A DNA stretch of 64,000 nt, from positions 22,637-86,636 of the forward strand of contig CAZUKY010000002.1 of NCBI GenBank assembly GCA_964621085.1. The letters are read 5' to 3'. Position 1 is the first letter of the stretch, and each line of letters opens with the position of its first letter. The notes beneath the pieces were generated by a model. That model had not been told where the DNA came from. It saw only the letters and a list, made by a program, of their open reading frames with translations, and did no database searches. The position numbers were made by a program, and so were the translations under genes. Shown here one piece after another: positions 19,201 to 27,094 of this stretch. Origin of the DNA: an uncultured Gammaproteobacteria bacterium (lineage in GTDB: Bacteria > Patescibacteriota > Patescibacteriia > JACQRZ01).

Positions 19201-21761
19201 GCGTGCAGCGTCCGCCGATCCTTACGAATATGAAGACAGACAAGCGGATCTACCAAAGAGGAGATGATGTTGTCGTTTCGATTTCCGCCCAGGCCGACAA
19301 TGGGATGGATACGCTTGAGTTTTCAACCGACAGCGGCGCGATTGTAGCGGCGGCGGTAAGTAGTGCGTGCGTATCGCGCGAGTGCTCGTACTCGGCAACG
19401 TTTACGGGGCTTGCTGATGGGCGGTCGTACACGATCACGGCGACGGCAAAGGACCGAGCAGGTAAAATCGCAAGCACGACTGCGCAGATTACAATCAACC
19501 GTCCGCCGATCCTTACGATCCCGACGAGTTACTACGCGTTCCAGCAGGGTGATGATGCGAATGTTTCAGTTACTGTGCAGGCAGACAACGGCATGGATTT
19601 TGTCGAGTTCAAAGCTGCTGGTGCAACCGTGAGAACGAATGCGCCGAGTAACGACTCATGCGTCCGTTCCAGTTGCGAGTTTAGGGGGACATTTAAGGGA
19701 CTGTCAGCAGGACAAACTCATCGAGTCAGCATCACGGCACAGGATAAGGAAAAGAAGACGGCCGCAGGTACGCTTGATATCCGCGTGATAGCGCCGCCTC
19801 AGATTACGAATTTCAAACCCGGCAAGAGCGTGTATCAGGTGAACGAGTCGGTAAGCGCATCATTGGAAGTGCAGGCGGAAAATGGCATGGCGAATGCCGG
19901 CGACTCGCCAGCGATAAAAAACAGCAGCTATGTTGACTTCCAGGTAGACGGCGCAAGTAGGCGAGACTATCCCAGCCGCGGCGACTGCCGATCGGCACCA
20001 TGTTCCGTATCAACAGCGTTCGGTGCGCTCCCCGCAGGTAAAACCTATACACTATCCGCCACGGCGCGCGACAAGGCAGGGAAAGAGGCGGGTGCAACAA
20101 CAAGCGTAAAGGTGAATGCGCCGCCGAGCGGTGGGTTTGTCCGCACGCCCGAGGTTGTCGCAATTGGTAATGCACTCACACTGACGCTCGAGGTTGAGGA
20201 TGGCGACAGCGCGGACGTATCCGCAACATTGTCGGGCCCGTACAACCCGCGGCAGGTCAGCGTCAGCGGCTCAGGGAGGAAAAAAACCTACGTCTTCACG
20301 ACCGACGGCTTGCCGCTGAACACCGCAACGCCGACGACATATTCATATAGCGCGACGATTACAGACAATGAAGGGGGAAGTGCGGCGATCAGCCATGCCG
20401 TGCGCGTCAATCGCGTTCCCACACTCTCGCTCTCTTCATCTCCGACAGGCCCTCGCCTCAGGCAGGGTACGAGCGTCACACTCACAATGACTCCGAGTGA
20501 CCCTGATGGCACTATTTCGAGCGTCGATCTCTCGATCAATGGTGCGACTGAGACAATCACGCGTGCCGGTGATGGTTCATACAAGAAGACGTTTACGCCC
20601 AATCCTGGAGGATACTCGGTATCGGCTTCTGTAAAGGATACCGATGGCGCGCGTGCGACATCGGAGATCAGTTTTAATGTAAATGCAGCGCCGTCGGCGA
20701 AAATTGTAAACACGTCACGCAATGTGTGGAATGGCCAGTCGTTCACGGCACGGCCGACAGAACCGGCCGTCAATCCGGGCGAGTGGATCAGTGTGGACGT
20801 GGAGGCGACAGACTCCGACCGGGGCATTCGGGAGATTACGGCGATATTTCAAGGAGTGACACAGACGCTGTACACGACGGGATACTCGGATTGCGTCGCT
20901 GGTGCCGCCTGCGCAAGACGGTTTGATTTTCATGCTCCCTCCGGCGGGTGGCGGCCCGGAACGCACGAGCTGATCATCGAGACATACGACCGCGAGCCGC
21001 CGGACGCGCGCATGAGCGCACGGGTGAGTAAATCGATCCGCGTGAATGCGCCGCCTGTCGTCTCGTGGTATACGGTCAATATGCCAGGCCGCGGATACGT
21101 CTGGTGGTCATGGTGGGGAGGAGGCGCTCCGCCGGCACAGAGTATGAAGCTGGGTGAGGGCACAGCGTATCTTTACATGACAGCATACGATGATGGCGAG
21201 CTTGATAACAACACGGCATTCTTCGTAATCAATGGGAGTACTATCAAAGCTACGCATTACAGTACAAGTGGACAAACGCGCTATTATTACGCGACATATA
21301 CGCCATCACGGAGCGGACAATACACAATTACCGGACAAGTTGGCGATACGCAAGGCGGACTTACAGTACTTGGTAGAGATAAGGCTTTTGTGCTGACGGT
21401 CATAAATGATCCTCCGGTCGTATCAAATTTCACCCGCAAACTTGTTAGTAATTACCCGTACTGCGTACTCAATCTTTCTATGGAAGCCGCCGATGCTGCA
21501 CCGGGTGTCAGTTGGATGGGATTTTTATCGCTTTATAATTACTGGTCATGGCGATGGCCGGCATGGAGATGGGGTGGAGGGAAGTATGAAGCAAATGTAA
21601 CCTTCACAGAACCAGGAACACATTTGATTTCTGCGCGTGCGGCAGATCATGAAGGGGGATATACTGCGACGAGCGATGCCTACGTGTACATTGGTGACCG
21701 AGGATGGATCTGGGACTGGTGGAGTGGATGGCGTAGAGGCACCTATTGCGCGTATTACTAG
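13218..21761 (+). CDS. Giant secreted surface protein (2847 aa) of tandem bacterial Ig-like (Big-type) domains with Trp-rich C-terminal modules
   Basis: Signal peptide MPVFLRHHRLVFAAGVLALGGFFGVPVLANA. More than 20 repeats of ~100 aa with the pattern VN-x-PP..YQxGExVxVsxxAxDxDSGxxxVxF..NG...G.Y.LTA.A.D, joined by VNAPP / VKNSAP / VNRPP linkers. The last three modules carry W-x-W-x-W motifs (VWWSWWGGG, WSWRWPAWRWGGG, WIWDWWSGWRRG). Confidence 0.6.
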   Translation: MPVFLRHHRLVFAAGVLALGGFFGVPVLANALSVMVATPFRISTPINGTVVTLPEAKVTVPITVVSPGDQYAGVTVTAEIRSASGDVRTLPMSVSSTGAAGTTFSAQWTATTVGSYLITARATQSGYNDRVSAPVRVNIISPSGNASGRISGAFTQSAAKQAGKFDVIPGTDAGAIPGDYRRPRIGPVLPPIFEFSISEPLEQKVMMDVSLYGAEARKAAAENSRFLLDWSANTIARELSAGAQERIPIYRNGAAIVLSVGQVNQNAYIDLYSAPYYDGVADDIEDPIKSVPGFQKLKACPNAVSCIFSLGTAKNGRHIVVARVSANGISRFSYRLVEVRGQNAAPIVAMSLLSDQKPFLLPQKLNIRVDVADADSDRNAAGSPIERVIIFAGDKKIAELEKPTQNINTRTEKFNSLFKDLDFSTYATLQTYAAEWKVESGRHDLRAVAIDTEGMPSDPFVIKDFIATERPKVSDLIVVGKERPSDSGPWIVQEGEEFTLQAKATDDGRIVSMAFTSEQKAAGGGSASPVSGEDNLYRLTVKDRAAGAEYVYAGIAQDNEGVTNDPLPRMTVKMNKKPDIRDLSRDAEEYQPNTKVTLAALAKDIDSALSSVELVDAKTGARIDFKENIGASKNTDYAYRFEWVPPWNEDAKNVDQSAMHSLKLIVRDADGGVREATFPTVTVRNRAPSVTKFSATKAVYQDTEPVVVSLEAIDNDSGMNGVTFVLKNTAGTLSKNFILNAPTRPVSGIDVRRGGVYEAEIKNLAPDSYIITAIASDIASPAKASPEQVVSVRVNAPPTAEGLTVSTPLVQPNVPATFSIIARDSDSDVKSDSRIGSVMLLRDGVEIAVMRLRAGSGDTYEASWTPTLWSPDIPDQAQQYISKGFSVRIEDTDRRRIEKKTDITVTVKNDPPALVPDGKQLTERSVYQKGETVTLSAAVSDADSGVARLQFFANGTAIHTIDNPSQKVSFQWKPTPGSYALTATATDRAKPVKTAQYPSGTNTVAIKVNNPPTIDRIEVAPSARKTAEYQPNEPVSVTVYATDADGSISQSEVRLIDEKGANLPIALKKATQAATKDGKGNTYAFQIEWRPTWAEDGANTNQSMVFPFRASVKDSDGAQPEVLEQSRVIVKNSAPTISAAVAKSAASDGRYYEGVDIALSATVKDAEGEVGGVTFYREEDKTAIGTGARGTADTFSYLWKNAAAGTHQLSVKAIDKAQPPKTARYPAAAGQFIPIKVLAKPSIVSFTGPTPTVVHLSGGNTGTASIPLELKVSDPDGIVAKAEIIGKGAMASVGSGTYRLTVSETEQKIHSYRARLTDAIGRTYDSTVVAVRVNKLPTAAIVSPAEAAVYYPGTSVTVTIDAADPDGSADGASAGPAESARLRVTHGGATQEYPAQAAGVNRYTATFKVETEGSYSLTAISRDRDDKDSPLSASRTIVAQNATPAVSDLKSVKSVYQTGENVTVSLDALDADSGMARVEFLLNGKQTGGGAISERKVSVTAASAGNGCADKNKKCTYTANFSGIPAGEYSVRAVAFDKETPEKFAATGTAVSMKVHRTPIISAFSAGKPLYQKGERVTVSATVQADNGIAGSGSASFVEFTANGARKAVRYPSSGNCSAASCTFSSVDLGVLSDGATYTLSIRAVDTAGKASATGQSGQAATASVKVNTPPAVSVAAAAQGRDAANQEIRSDIPVTITIAPRDSDGQIASVTLTQEYTPSGSSAATRTVETATPGSRPSGWGYDAQSGNFTRTITPAAGSYSLTAVTHDTDGAPSAVSNTIAFIGRNEKPSIASMNASKGVYQQGESIGVEVKAKDVDSGMKEVAFVLGGDTRAVPATQAAGGGCGTRDKECVYATSFSSRSPGTYTITATARDTVNPPGEAGRTASFRVNAAPSGRISAPQTVQMNAGFTLILDATDSDSKSSGPASASNGIKSVSFSGPGVDNARIAVSNVTAGGARYSLAVSGQEAGGPKSYSATITDWDDNSFTTPVAVVGVQRPPILTNMKTDKRIYQRGDDVVVSISAQADNGMDTLEFSTDSGAIVAAAVSSACVSRECSYSATFTGLADGRSYTITATAKDRAGKIASTTAQITINRPPILTIPTSYYAFQQGDDANVSVTVQADNGMDFVEFKAAGATVRTNAPSNDSCVRSSCEFRGTFKGLSAGQTHRVSITAQDKEKKTAAGTLDIRVIAPPQITNFKPGKSVYQVNESVSASLEVQAENGMANAGDSPAIKNSSYVDFQVDGASRRDYPSRGDCRSAPCSVSTAFGALPAGKTYTLSATARDKAGKEAGATTSVKVNAPPSGGFVRTPEVVAIGNALTLTLEVEDGDSADVSATLSGPYNPRQVSVSGSGRKKTYVFTTDGLPLNTATPTTYSYSATITDNEGGSAAISHAVRVNRVPTLSLSSSPTGPRLRQGTSVTLTMTPSDPDGTISSVDLSINGATETITRAGDGSYKKTFTPNPGGYSVSASVKDTDGARATSEISFNVNAAPSAKIVNTSRNVWNGQSFTARPTEPAVNPGEWISVDVEATDSDRGIREITAIFQGVTQTLYTTGYSDCVAGAACARRFDFHAPSGGWRPGTHELIIETYDREPPDARMSARVSKSIRVNAPPVVSWYTVNMPGRGYVWWSWWGGGAPPAQSMKLGEGTAYLYMTAYDDGELDNNTAFFVINGSTIKATHYSTSGQTRYYYATYTPSRSGQYTITGQVGDTQGGLTVLGRDKAFVLTVINDPPVVSNFTRKLVSNYPYCVLNLSMEAADAAPGVSWMGFLSLYNYWSWRWPAWRWGGGKYEANVTFTEPGTHLISARAADHEGGYTATSDAYVYIGDRGWIWDWWSGWRRGTYCAYY

Positions 21762-21772
21762 GGAGTGAATAT

Positions 21773-24016
21773 ATGCAGAGCGGATTACAATGGATTCAAA
21801 AGAATAGCCGTGCTGCCTTTCTTGCACTTTTTGTCGTTGGTGTGCTTGGGGGTACATACCTACTTGTATCGTATCGCGGTACCGGTCCGGAGCAGGGCGG
21901 CCGGGACGGTTTTGTTTTTTTTGATGGTGCCTGGCACCCTGCCTTGAAAGAAGGGGATAGTGCATCTCTGAAACGTCTCTTACCGGTGCGTTTTTCATCA
22001 GCAGGCGGAGATGAGGTTGTCTCGCTATCGGCAGGCGAGGTTCTCAAGGGCAGCATATCCGTCGATTGGCTCTCGCCTGCTGCTCAGAGCATCACTGCCT
22101 CTGTTTTTGACCGGGAAACGTATGCAAAAATCGGTCAGGGAGTTTTTTCTCTCAAGCGAAATGAGATCTCTTCCGAGGGTTTTGTCCCATTTGAGGGGAC
22201 GGTCACGTACAGCGCCGCATCAAGCACGGACGGCTTTCTCCTTTTTGATGCAGGAGCTTCTCTTGCTGGAGAAACGCCAGATGCGCACGAAAAAGCTGAC
22301 GAAAGGGAAATAACAGCATACAGCATTTCGGTACTCCTCATTCCATCCGGGACTAATAAAAAACTTGTTGAGGGATTGAAGCAGTCGAAACAGTATGCAG
22401 CCCAAAATGCGTCAATTCGGATTATTGCATCGGGTGCGGAGGGAGTGGCGTTAGGTGAAGGGGGTGTTGGTGATGAAGCGGATGTCGTGAAGATAGAAAA
22501 AGTCATTGGAACTCAGACAGGAGCGGCAGGAGAACAAATGGTGATCAATTCTGGCGAAATGCTGAGGGGCTTGCTGCGCACTGATATTCTCGCCGCACAA
22601 TCAGTCACCACAGTCGCCGCTACTGTCGTTGACTCAAAAAAATTGAAGACGATCGGAAGTGGGACACTCTCCCTCAAGCGAGGCGAGACCTCTTCTGATG
22701 GCTTTGTCCCCTTTGAAGGCACGGTCACGTATAGCGGCGCATCAAGCACGGACGGATTTCTCCTGTTTGAGGCGGATGGGACTTCTGTCGGATCCAGTAT
22801 TCCGGTGATCCTCATTCCATCCGGCACAGATAGAAAGCTTGTCGAGGGGCTAAAAATGTCAAAGCAATACAACGCCTCTGAGGCGGTGATCCGCATCCTT
22901 CCGGGCAATGAGACGGAGCAGATGCCCGCCGGCCTGAAGCAGTCTTTTTCCGGTTCACTTCGCACTGATATTCTCGCCTCACAATCAGTCACCACAGTCG
23001 CCGCTACTGTCGTTGACTCAAAAAAATTGAAGACGATCGGAAGTGGGACACTCTCCCTCAAGCGAGGCGAGACCTCTTCTGATGGCTTTGTCCCCTTTGA
23101 AGGCACGGTCACGTATAGCGGCGCATCAAGCACGGACGGATTTCTCCTGTTTGAGGCAGGAAAGTTCCGAACACCGCAAGGATCGGAAGCAACTGCGGGG
23201 GGTGCAAGTGTTCCTTTTCCACTTGTCGCTCTTCCCGTGTTGGGTAATCAGCAAAAGCAAGAGCAGTCATCGATCCAGCCGAGTCGCTTTGACACGGCAG
23301 ATGCATCAATCCGCCTCTTCCCCTCAGGGGCAGGCACTGGTGATGGGTCGCAGACTTCTCTTCGGGGAGCTATTCATAAGGATGTGCTTGGTGCGCAACC
23401 CACCCCATCTATTTCTGCGCATATCATAGATCCAAAGACGACCTCCGTGATCGGCAGCGGCTCGTTTTCACTTAAACATGATGAAATCGGGAATGACGGG
23501 TTTGTCCCGTTCGATGGACAGATCACACAGAACGGCTCGCTCGGCTCGGAAGGAATCATGCTTTTCCAGATGGGTGCGGAAAAAGACGCGTTCTATGCCG
23601 CACTCGTTTCATTAGACTCTAAGGGACGAATAGCTGTTGTGCAGACTCGTCTTGAAGAGAAGCCGCCGGAAGCAGCGACTCCTCCGCCTTCCTCATCTTC
23701 ATCATCAGCGAACGCGGCATCTCAACAGGATGCAATAAAACTGGAACGAATTTCTGTCGTGCCGCGTGTCGGGCAAGGACCGCTTACACCGCCGCTTGCG
23801 AAGGATGGGGAGTGCCGTATTACCGGATGCAATAGGGAAGTTTGCGCTGATCGGGATTCACACTCTTCATGCGAACAGTACCTGCCCGAGTATGCATGCT
23901 ACGCAGGCGCCGTCTGCGAGCGCCAAAGCAACGGGGCGTGCGGATGGACACAGACAAAGGAACTCGCGCAATGCATTGAGGGTGTTCAGCGTGCAGGAAC
24001 CCAATCTTCACAGTAG
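21773..24016 (+). CDS. Membrane-anchored protein with four Gmad2-like Ig-fold repeats and a C-terminal Cys-rich module
   Basis: GGAG Shine-Dalgarno sits 8 nt upstream of the ATG at 21773. N-terminal TM (AAFLALFVVGVLGGTYLLV). Four repeats end in GFVPFEGTVTYS/GFVPFDGQITQN...GFLLFEA, a pattern reminiscent of GerM-associated Gmad2 domains. C-terminus is CRITGCNREVCADRD..CEQYLPEYACYAGAVCERQSNGACGW. Confidence 0.5.
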   Translation: MQSGLQWIQKNSRAAFLALFVVGVLGGTYLLVSYRGTGPEQGGRDGFVFFDGAWHPALKEGDSASLKRLLPVRFSSAGGDEVVSLSAGEVLKGSISVDWLSPAAQSITASVFDRETYAKIGQGVFSLKRNEISSEGFVPFEGTVTYSAASSTDGFLLFDAGASLAGETPDAHEKADEREITAYSISVLLIPSGTNKKLVEGLKQSKQYAAQNASIRIIASGAEGVALGEGGVGDEADVVKIEKVIGTQTGAAGEQMVINSGEMLRGLLRTDILAAQSVTTVAATVVDSKKLKTIGSGTLSLKRGETSSDGFVPFEGTVTYSGASSTDGFLLFEADGTSVGSSIPVILIPSGTDRKLVEGLKMSKQYNASEAVIRILPGNETEQMPAGLKQSFSGSLRTDILASQSVTTVAATVVDSKKLKTIGSGTLSLKRGETSSDGFVPFEGTVTYSGASSTDGFLLFEAGKFRTPQGSEATAGGASVPFPLVALPVLGNQQKQEQSSIQPSRFDTADASIRLFPSGAGTGDGSQTSLRGAIHKDVLGAQPTPSISAHIIDPKTTSVIGSGSFSLKHDEIGNDGFVPFDGQITQNGSLGSEGIMLFQMGAEKDAFYAALVSLDSKGRIAVVQTRLEEKPPEAATPPPSSSSSSANAASQQDAIKLERISVVPRVGQGPLTPPLAKDGECRITGCNREVCADRDSHSSCEQYLPEYACYAGAVCERQSNGACGWTQTKELAQCIEGVQRAGTQSSQ
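22571..22770 (+). repeat. Intragenic direct repeat, copy 1 (~200 bp)
   Basis: Matches 22961-23160 with a single mismatch across ~198 nt (gccgcacaa vs gcctcacaa). Confidence 0.85.
22961..23160 (+). repeat. Intragenic direct repeat, copy 2 (~200 bp)
   Basis: Near-identical to 22571-22770 and in the same reading frame. Both copies encode a Gmad2-like repeat. Confidence 0.85.
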
Positions 24017-24099
24017 GTATCATCGTCACAAGGGAGACAGGGTGCCGATCTTGTCATTTATGTGAATTTGGGTAGAGTGGGAGAATAAGCAGTTTTGCT

Positions 24100-27048
24100 A
24101 TGACGGCATCAGAACGGGAGAAAAAAATCCTTGAGTTTTGGGATCAAAACGCCATTTTTGAAAAATCGGTGCAGGAGCGGCCTGTAGAACGGCCGTATGT
24201 TTTTTATGACGGTCCGCCGTTTGCGACCGGGTTGCCGCACTATGGCCACATCGTCGCCTCACTCATGAAGGATATTGTTCCGCGCTATCGGACTATGAAG
24301 GGCGACCGTGTGGAGCGCGTGTGGGGATGGGACTGCCATGGCCTGCCGATCGAAAATATTATCGAGGAGAAGCTTTCTCTCTCGAGTAAAAAGGATATCG
24401 AAGACTACGGCGTTGCGCGGTTCAACGAGGCGTGCCGTGCGACGGTTTTGCAGTACGCTGAGGAGTGGAAGAAGACGATCCGGCGCATGGGCCGCTGGGT
24501 TGATATGGAGCACTCGTACATGACCATGGACCCCTCGTACATGGAGAGCGTGTGGTGGGTCTTCCGACAGTTGTGGGATCGCGGCTTGATCTATGAAGGG
24601 AAAAAAGCGATGCACATCTGTCCTCGCTGCGTAACGCCGCTTTCCAACTTCGAGGTTACGTTGAACTATAAGGACGCGAAAGACATCTCGGCAACGGTCG
24701 CGTTCCGCGTGACAAATGCCCACGCGATCGCCGAAACCGACCTCGCTATTCTCGCATGGACGACAACGCCCTGGACGCTGCCGGGAAATGTGCTGTTGGC
24801 CGTCGGAGAAGACATCGAGTACGCGGTCGCGACGGCGGGAGAGAATACTACGCAAAAAATCATTCTCGCCAAAGACCGCGTCGATGCGTACCGGGAAAAA
24901 ATGAAGGATACTCCGATTTCGATCGAACGGACGGTGAGGGGTATGGATCTGGTCGGTCTGACGTACGAACCGCTGTTTCCGTATTACGCCGATACGCCAA
25001 ACGCTTTCAGAGTCGTTGCCGCGGATTTCGTCACGACCGAAGACGGAACGGGCGTTGTTCATATCGCCCCGGCGTTCGGCGAAGACGACTATCGTCTCGG
25101 CGAAAAGGAGGGCGTCGGATTCGTCCAACACGTGACGATGGCAGGCACGTTTGCGAGCGAGGTGAGTGACTTTGCCGGACAGGAGGTTAAACCGAAAGAG
25201 GACCCGACACGCGCCGATATTGAGATCATCAAGTATTTGTCGCGCACCGATGCGCTGTTTTTCAAAGAAAAATACGAGCACACCTATCCTTTTTGCTGGC
25301 GCTGCGAAACCCCGCTCCTTAATTACGCAACAAGCAGCTGGTTTGTCCGCGTGACCGAGTTGAAAGAGCAGATGCGCGAGAATAATCAAAAAATTTCGTG
25401 GGTGCCAGAGCACATGAAAGAGGGGCGTTTCGGAAAATGGCTGGAGAATGCGCGCGACTGGGCGATATCGCGAAGCCGATTTTGGGGAACGCCGCTGCCG
25501 ATTTGGAAGAGCGAGTCGGGAGACACGATCTGCGTCGGAAGTATTGCAGAACTGAAGCAGCTTTCCGGCGCAGAGGTGTCTGATCTGCACAAGCACATCA
25601 TCGACGAGGTGCCGATCGTGAAGGATGGGGTAATCTATCGTCGGATTCCCGAGGTGCTGGACTGTTGGTTTGAGTCGGGTTCGATGCCGTACGCTCAGAT
25701 GCACTATCCGTTTGAGAACAAAGAGAAGTTCGAGGCGGGGTTTCCTGCCGAGTTTATTGCCGAGGGCCAAGACCAGACGCGCGGATGGTTCTATACGCTC
25801 CACGTGCTTGCAACCGCGCTGACGCGACCGCCCGCACCAGCGATTCCGGTTCGCCAAAGCGAGCCGGCATTCCGCAATGTGGTCGTCAATGGCATCGTCT
25901 TGGCCGAGGATGGGAAAAAGATGAGCAAGCGGCTGAAGAACTACCCGGATCCGTTGGACGTGATCGAGACCTATGGCGCCGACGCGTTGCGGCTCTACTT
26001 TGCGGCCTCGCCGGCAATGCATGCGGAAAACTTGAACTTTTCTGAAAGTGGCGTTCGCGAGGTGTACAACAAGGTGATCAATACGCTCTTTAATGTGGTT
26101 TCGTTTTACGAGTTGTTCGCTTCCGAGGCGAGGAGTGGAGAAGAAGGATCAGTTCAACGAACCGTTCTTGACCACTGGATCTTCTCGCGGGTTGGGGCGT
26201 TGCGCGAAGAGGTATCCCGGCACCTGCAGGCGTACCGCCTTGCAGAAGCCGCCCGTCCGTTTGTCGCGTTTTCGGCAGACCTGTCCCAGTGGTATGTGCG
26301 TCGGTCGCGCGACCGGTTCAAGAGTGACGATCTCCCTGAGCGCGCGGCAGCGATTTCGACGCTCGCACGCGTCTTGTTCGAGGTCTCGCGGCTGCTCGCG
26401 CCATTCGCTCCGTTTCTTGCGGAAGAAATTCATCAAACGCTGCGCCGTTGCGGCGGATTACCGCCCGATGCGGCCGAGTCCGTGCATCTTGAGGAGTGGC
26501 CGGCAGCCGACCTGGTGCGCGACGAAGCGCTGGAACAGGAGATGGAGGCAGCACGAAGTGTTGTGGAAATGGCCCATGGCCTGCGCGCGGAGGCGAAAAT
26601 TCGCGTGCGCCAGCCGCTTGGTATGCTGTTGTGTTCGCGGGCATTTTCTTCAGAGATAGCCCGAATTATTGCCGACGAGGTCAATGTGGAGCAGGTTGCG
26701 TATGGAGGCGACAGGGCGGCTGACGATCAGTGGCGCGTGCGCGAGGCCGGCGGAATCCGCGCCGCGCTTTCCATTGAAATAACACCCGAACTGCGCGATG
26801 CCGGAATTGTCCGCGAGATCGTCCGCCGTGTGAATGATTTGCGGAAAGAGGCCGGCCTGACGCCGAAAGATCGCATCGAGGTGGCGTATGAGACCGATGA
26901 TGAGAAGCTCGCCGCACTGCTCGCCGCGCGGGCAGAAGACATACAGCGCAGCATCGGTGCGGATGGGATTACTCGCAAGCGACTCGAGGCAATGGAGCGG
27001 ATTGAGGTTGATGCTTCGTCGCTTTCAATCGCAGTCATACGCACATGA
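24100..27048 (+). CDS. ileS: Isoleucine--tRNA ligase, type 2 (eukaryote/archaea-like)
   Basis: N-terminus FYDGPPFATGLPHYGHIVASLMKD (HYGH class-I motif). KMSKR motif at ..GKKMSKRLKNYPDP. Length 982 aa. The overall arrangement matches type-2 IleRS. Confidence 0.85.
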   Translation: MTASEREKKILEFWDQNAIFEKSVQERPVERPYVFYDGPPFATGLPHYGHIVASLMKDIVPRYRTMKGDRVERVWGWDCHGLPIENIIEEKLSLSSKKDIEDYGVARFNEACRATVLQYAEEWKKTIRRMGRWVDMEHSYMTMDPSYMESVWWVFRQLWDRGLIYEGKKAMHICPRCVTPLSNFEVTLNYKDAKDISATVAFRVTNAHAIAETDLAILAWTTTPWTLPGNVLLAVGEDIEYAVATAGENTTQKIILAKDRVDAYREKMKDTPISIERTVRGMDLVGLTYEPLFPYYADTPNAFRVVAADFVTTEDGTGVVHIAPAFGEDDYRLGEKEGVGFVQHVTMAGTFASEVSDFAGQEVKPKEDPTRADIEIIKYLSRTDALFFKEKYEHTYPFCWRCETPLLNYATSSWFVRVTELKEQMRENNQKISWVPEHMKEGRFGKWLENARDWAISRSRFWGTPLPIWKSESGDTICVGSIAELKQLSGAEVSDLHKHIIDEVPIVKDGVIYRRIPEVLDCWFESGSMPYAQMHYPFENKEKFEAGFPAEFIAEGQDQTRGWFYTLHVLATALTRPPAPAIPVRQSEPAFRNVVVNGIVLAEDGKKMSKRLKNYPDPLDVIETYGADALRLYFAASPAMHAENLNFSESGVREVYNKVINTLFNVVSFYELFASEARSGEEGSVQRTVLDHWIFSRVGALREEVSRHLQAYRLAEAARPFVAFSADLSQWYVRRSRDRFKSDDLPERAAAISTLARVLFEVSRLLAPFAPFLAEEIHQTLRRCGGLPPDAAESVHLEEWPAADLVRDEALEQEMEAARSVVEMAHGLRAEAKIRVRQPLGMLLCSRAFSSEIARIIADEVNVEQVAYGGDRAADDQWRVREAGGIRAALSIEITPELRDAGIVREIVRRVNDLRKEAGLTPKDRIEVAYETDDEKLAALLAARAEDIQRSIGADGITRKRLEAMERIEVDASSLSIAVIRT

Positions 27049-27094
27049 CATCTCGCCCTCCGGATTTTGATTCCTTATTCATACATTCTTCCCC

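Noticed and set aside
22571-23160. Possibility that the 200-bp repeat pair is a diversity-generating retroelement TR/VR pair
   Set aside because: Both copies are in-frame parts of the same CDS. The one or two differences are not adenine-specific. No reverse transcriptase gene is present in the window.
24259-26022. 587-aa ORF antisense to ileS; similar long antisense ORFs at 30336-31589 (rpoB), 35911-37185 (rpoC), 15570-16433 (giant gene), 54438-55580 (rny), 61128-61994 (infB)
   Set aside because: These are stop-codon-poor antisense frames typical of GC-rich DNA. Each lies entirely inside a gene with unmistakable conserved motifs on the other strand. They are Arg/Ala/Pro-rich with no domain signatures.
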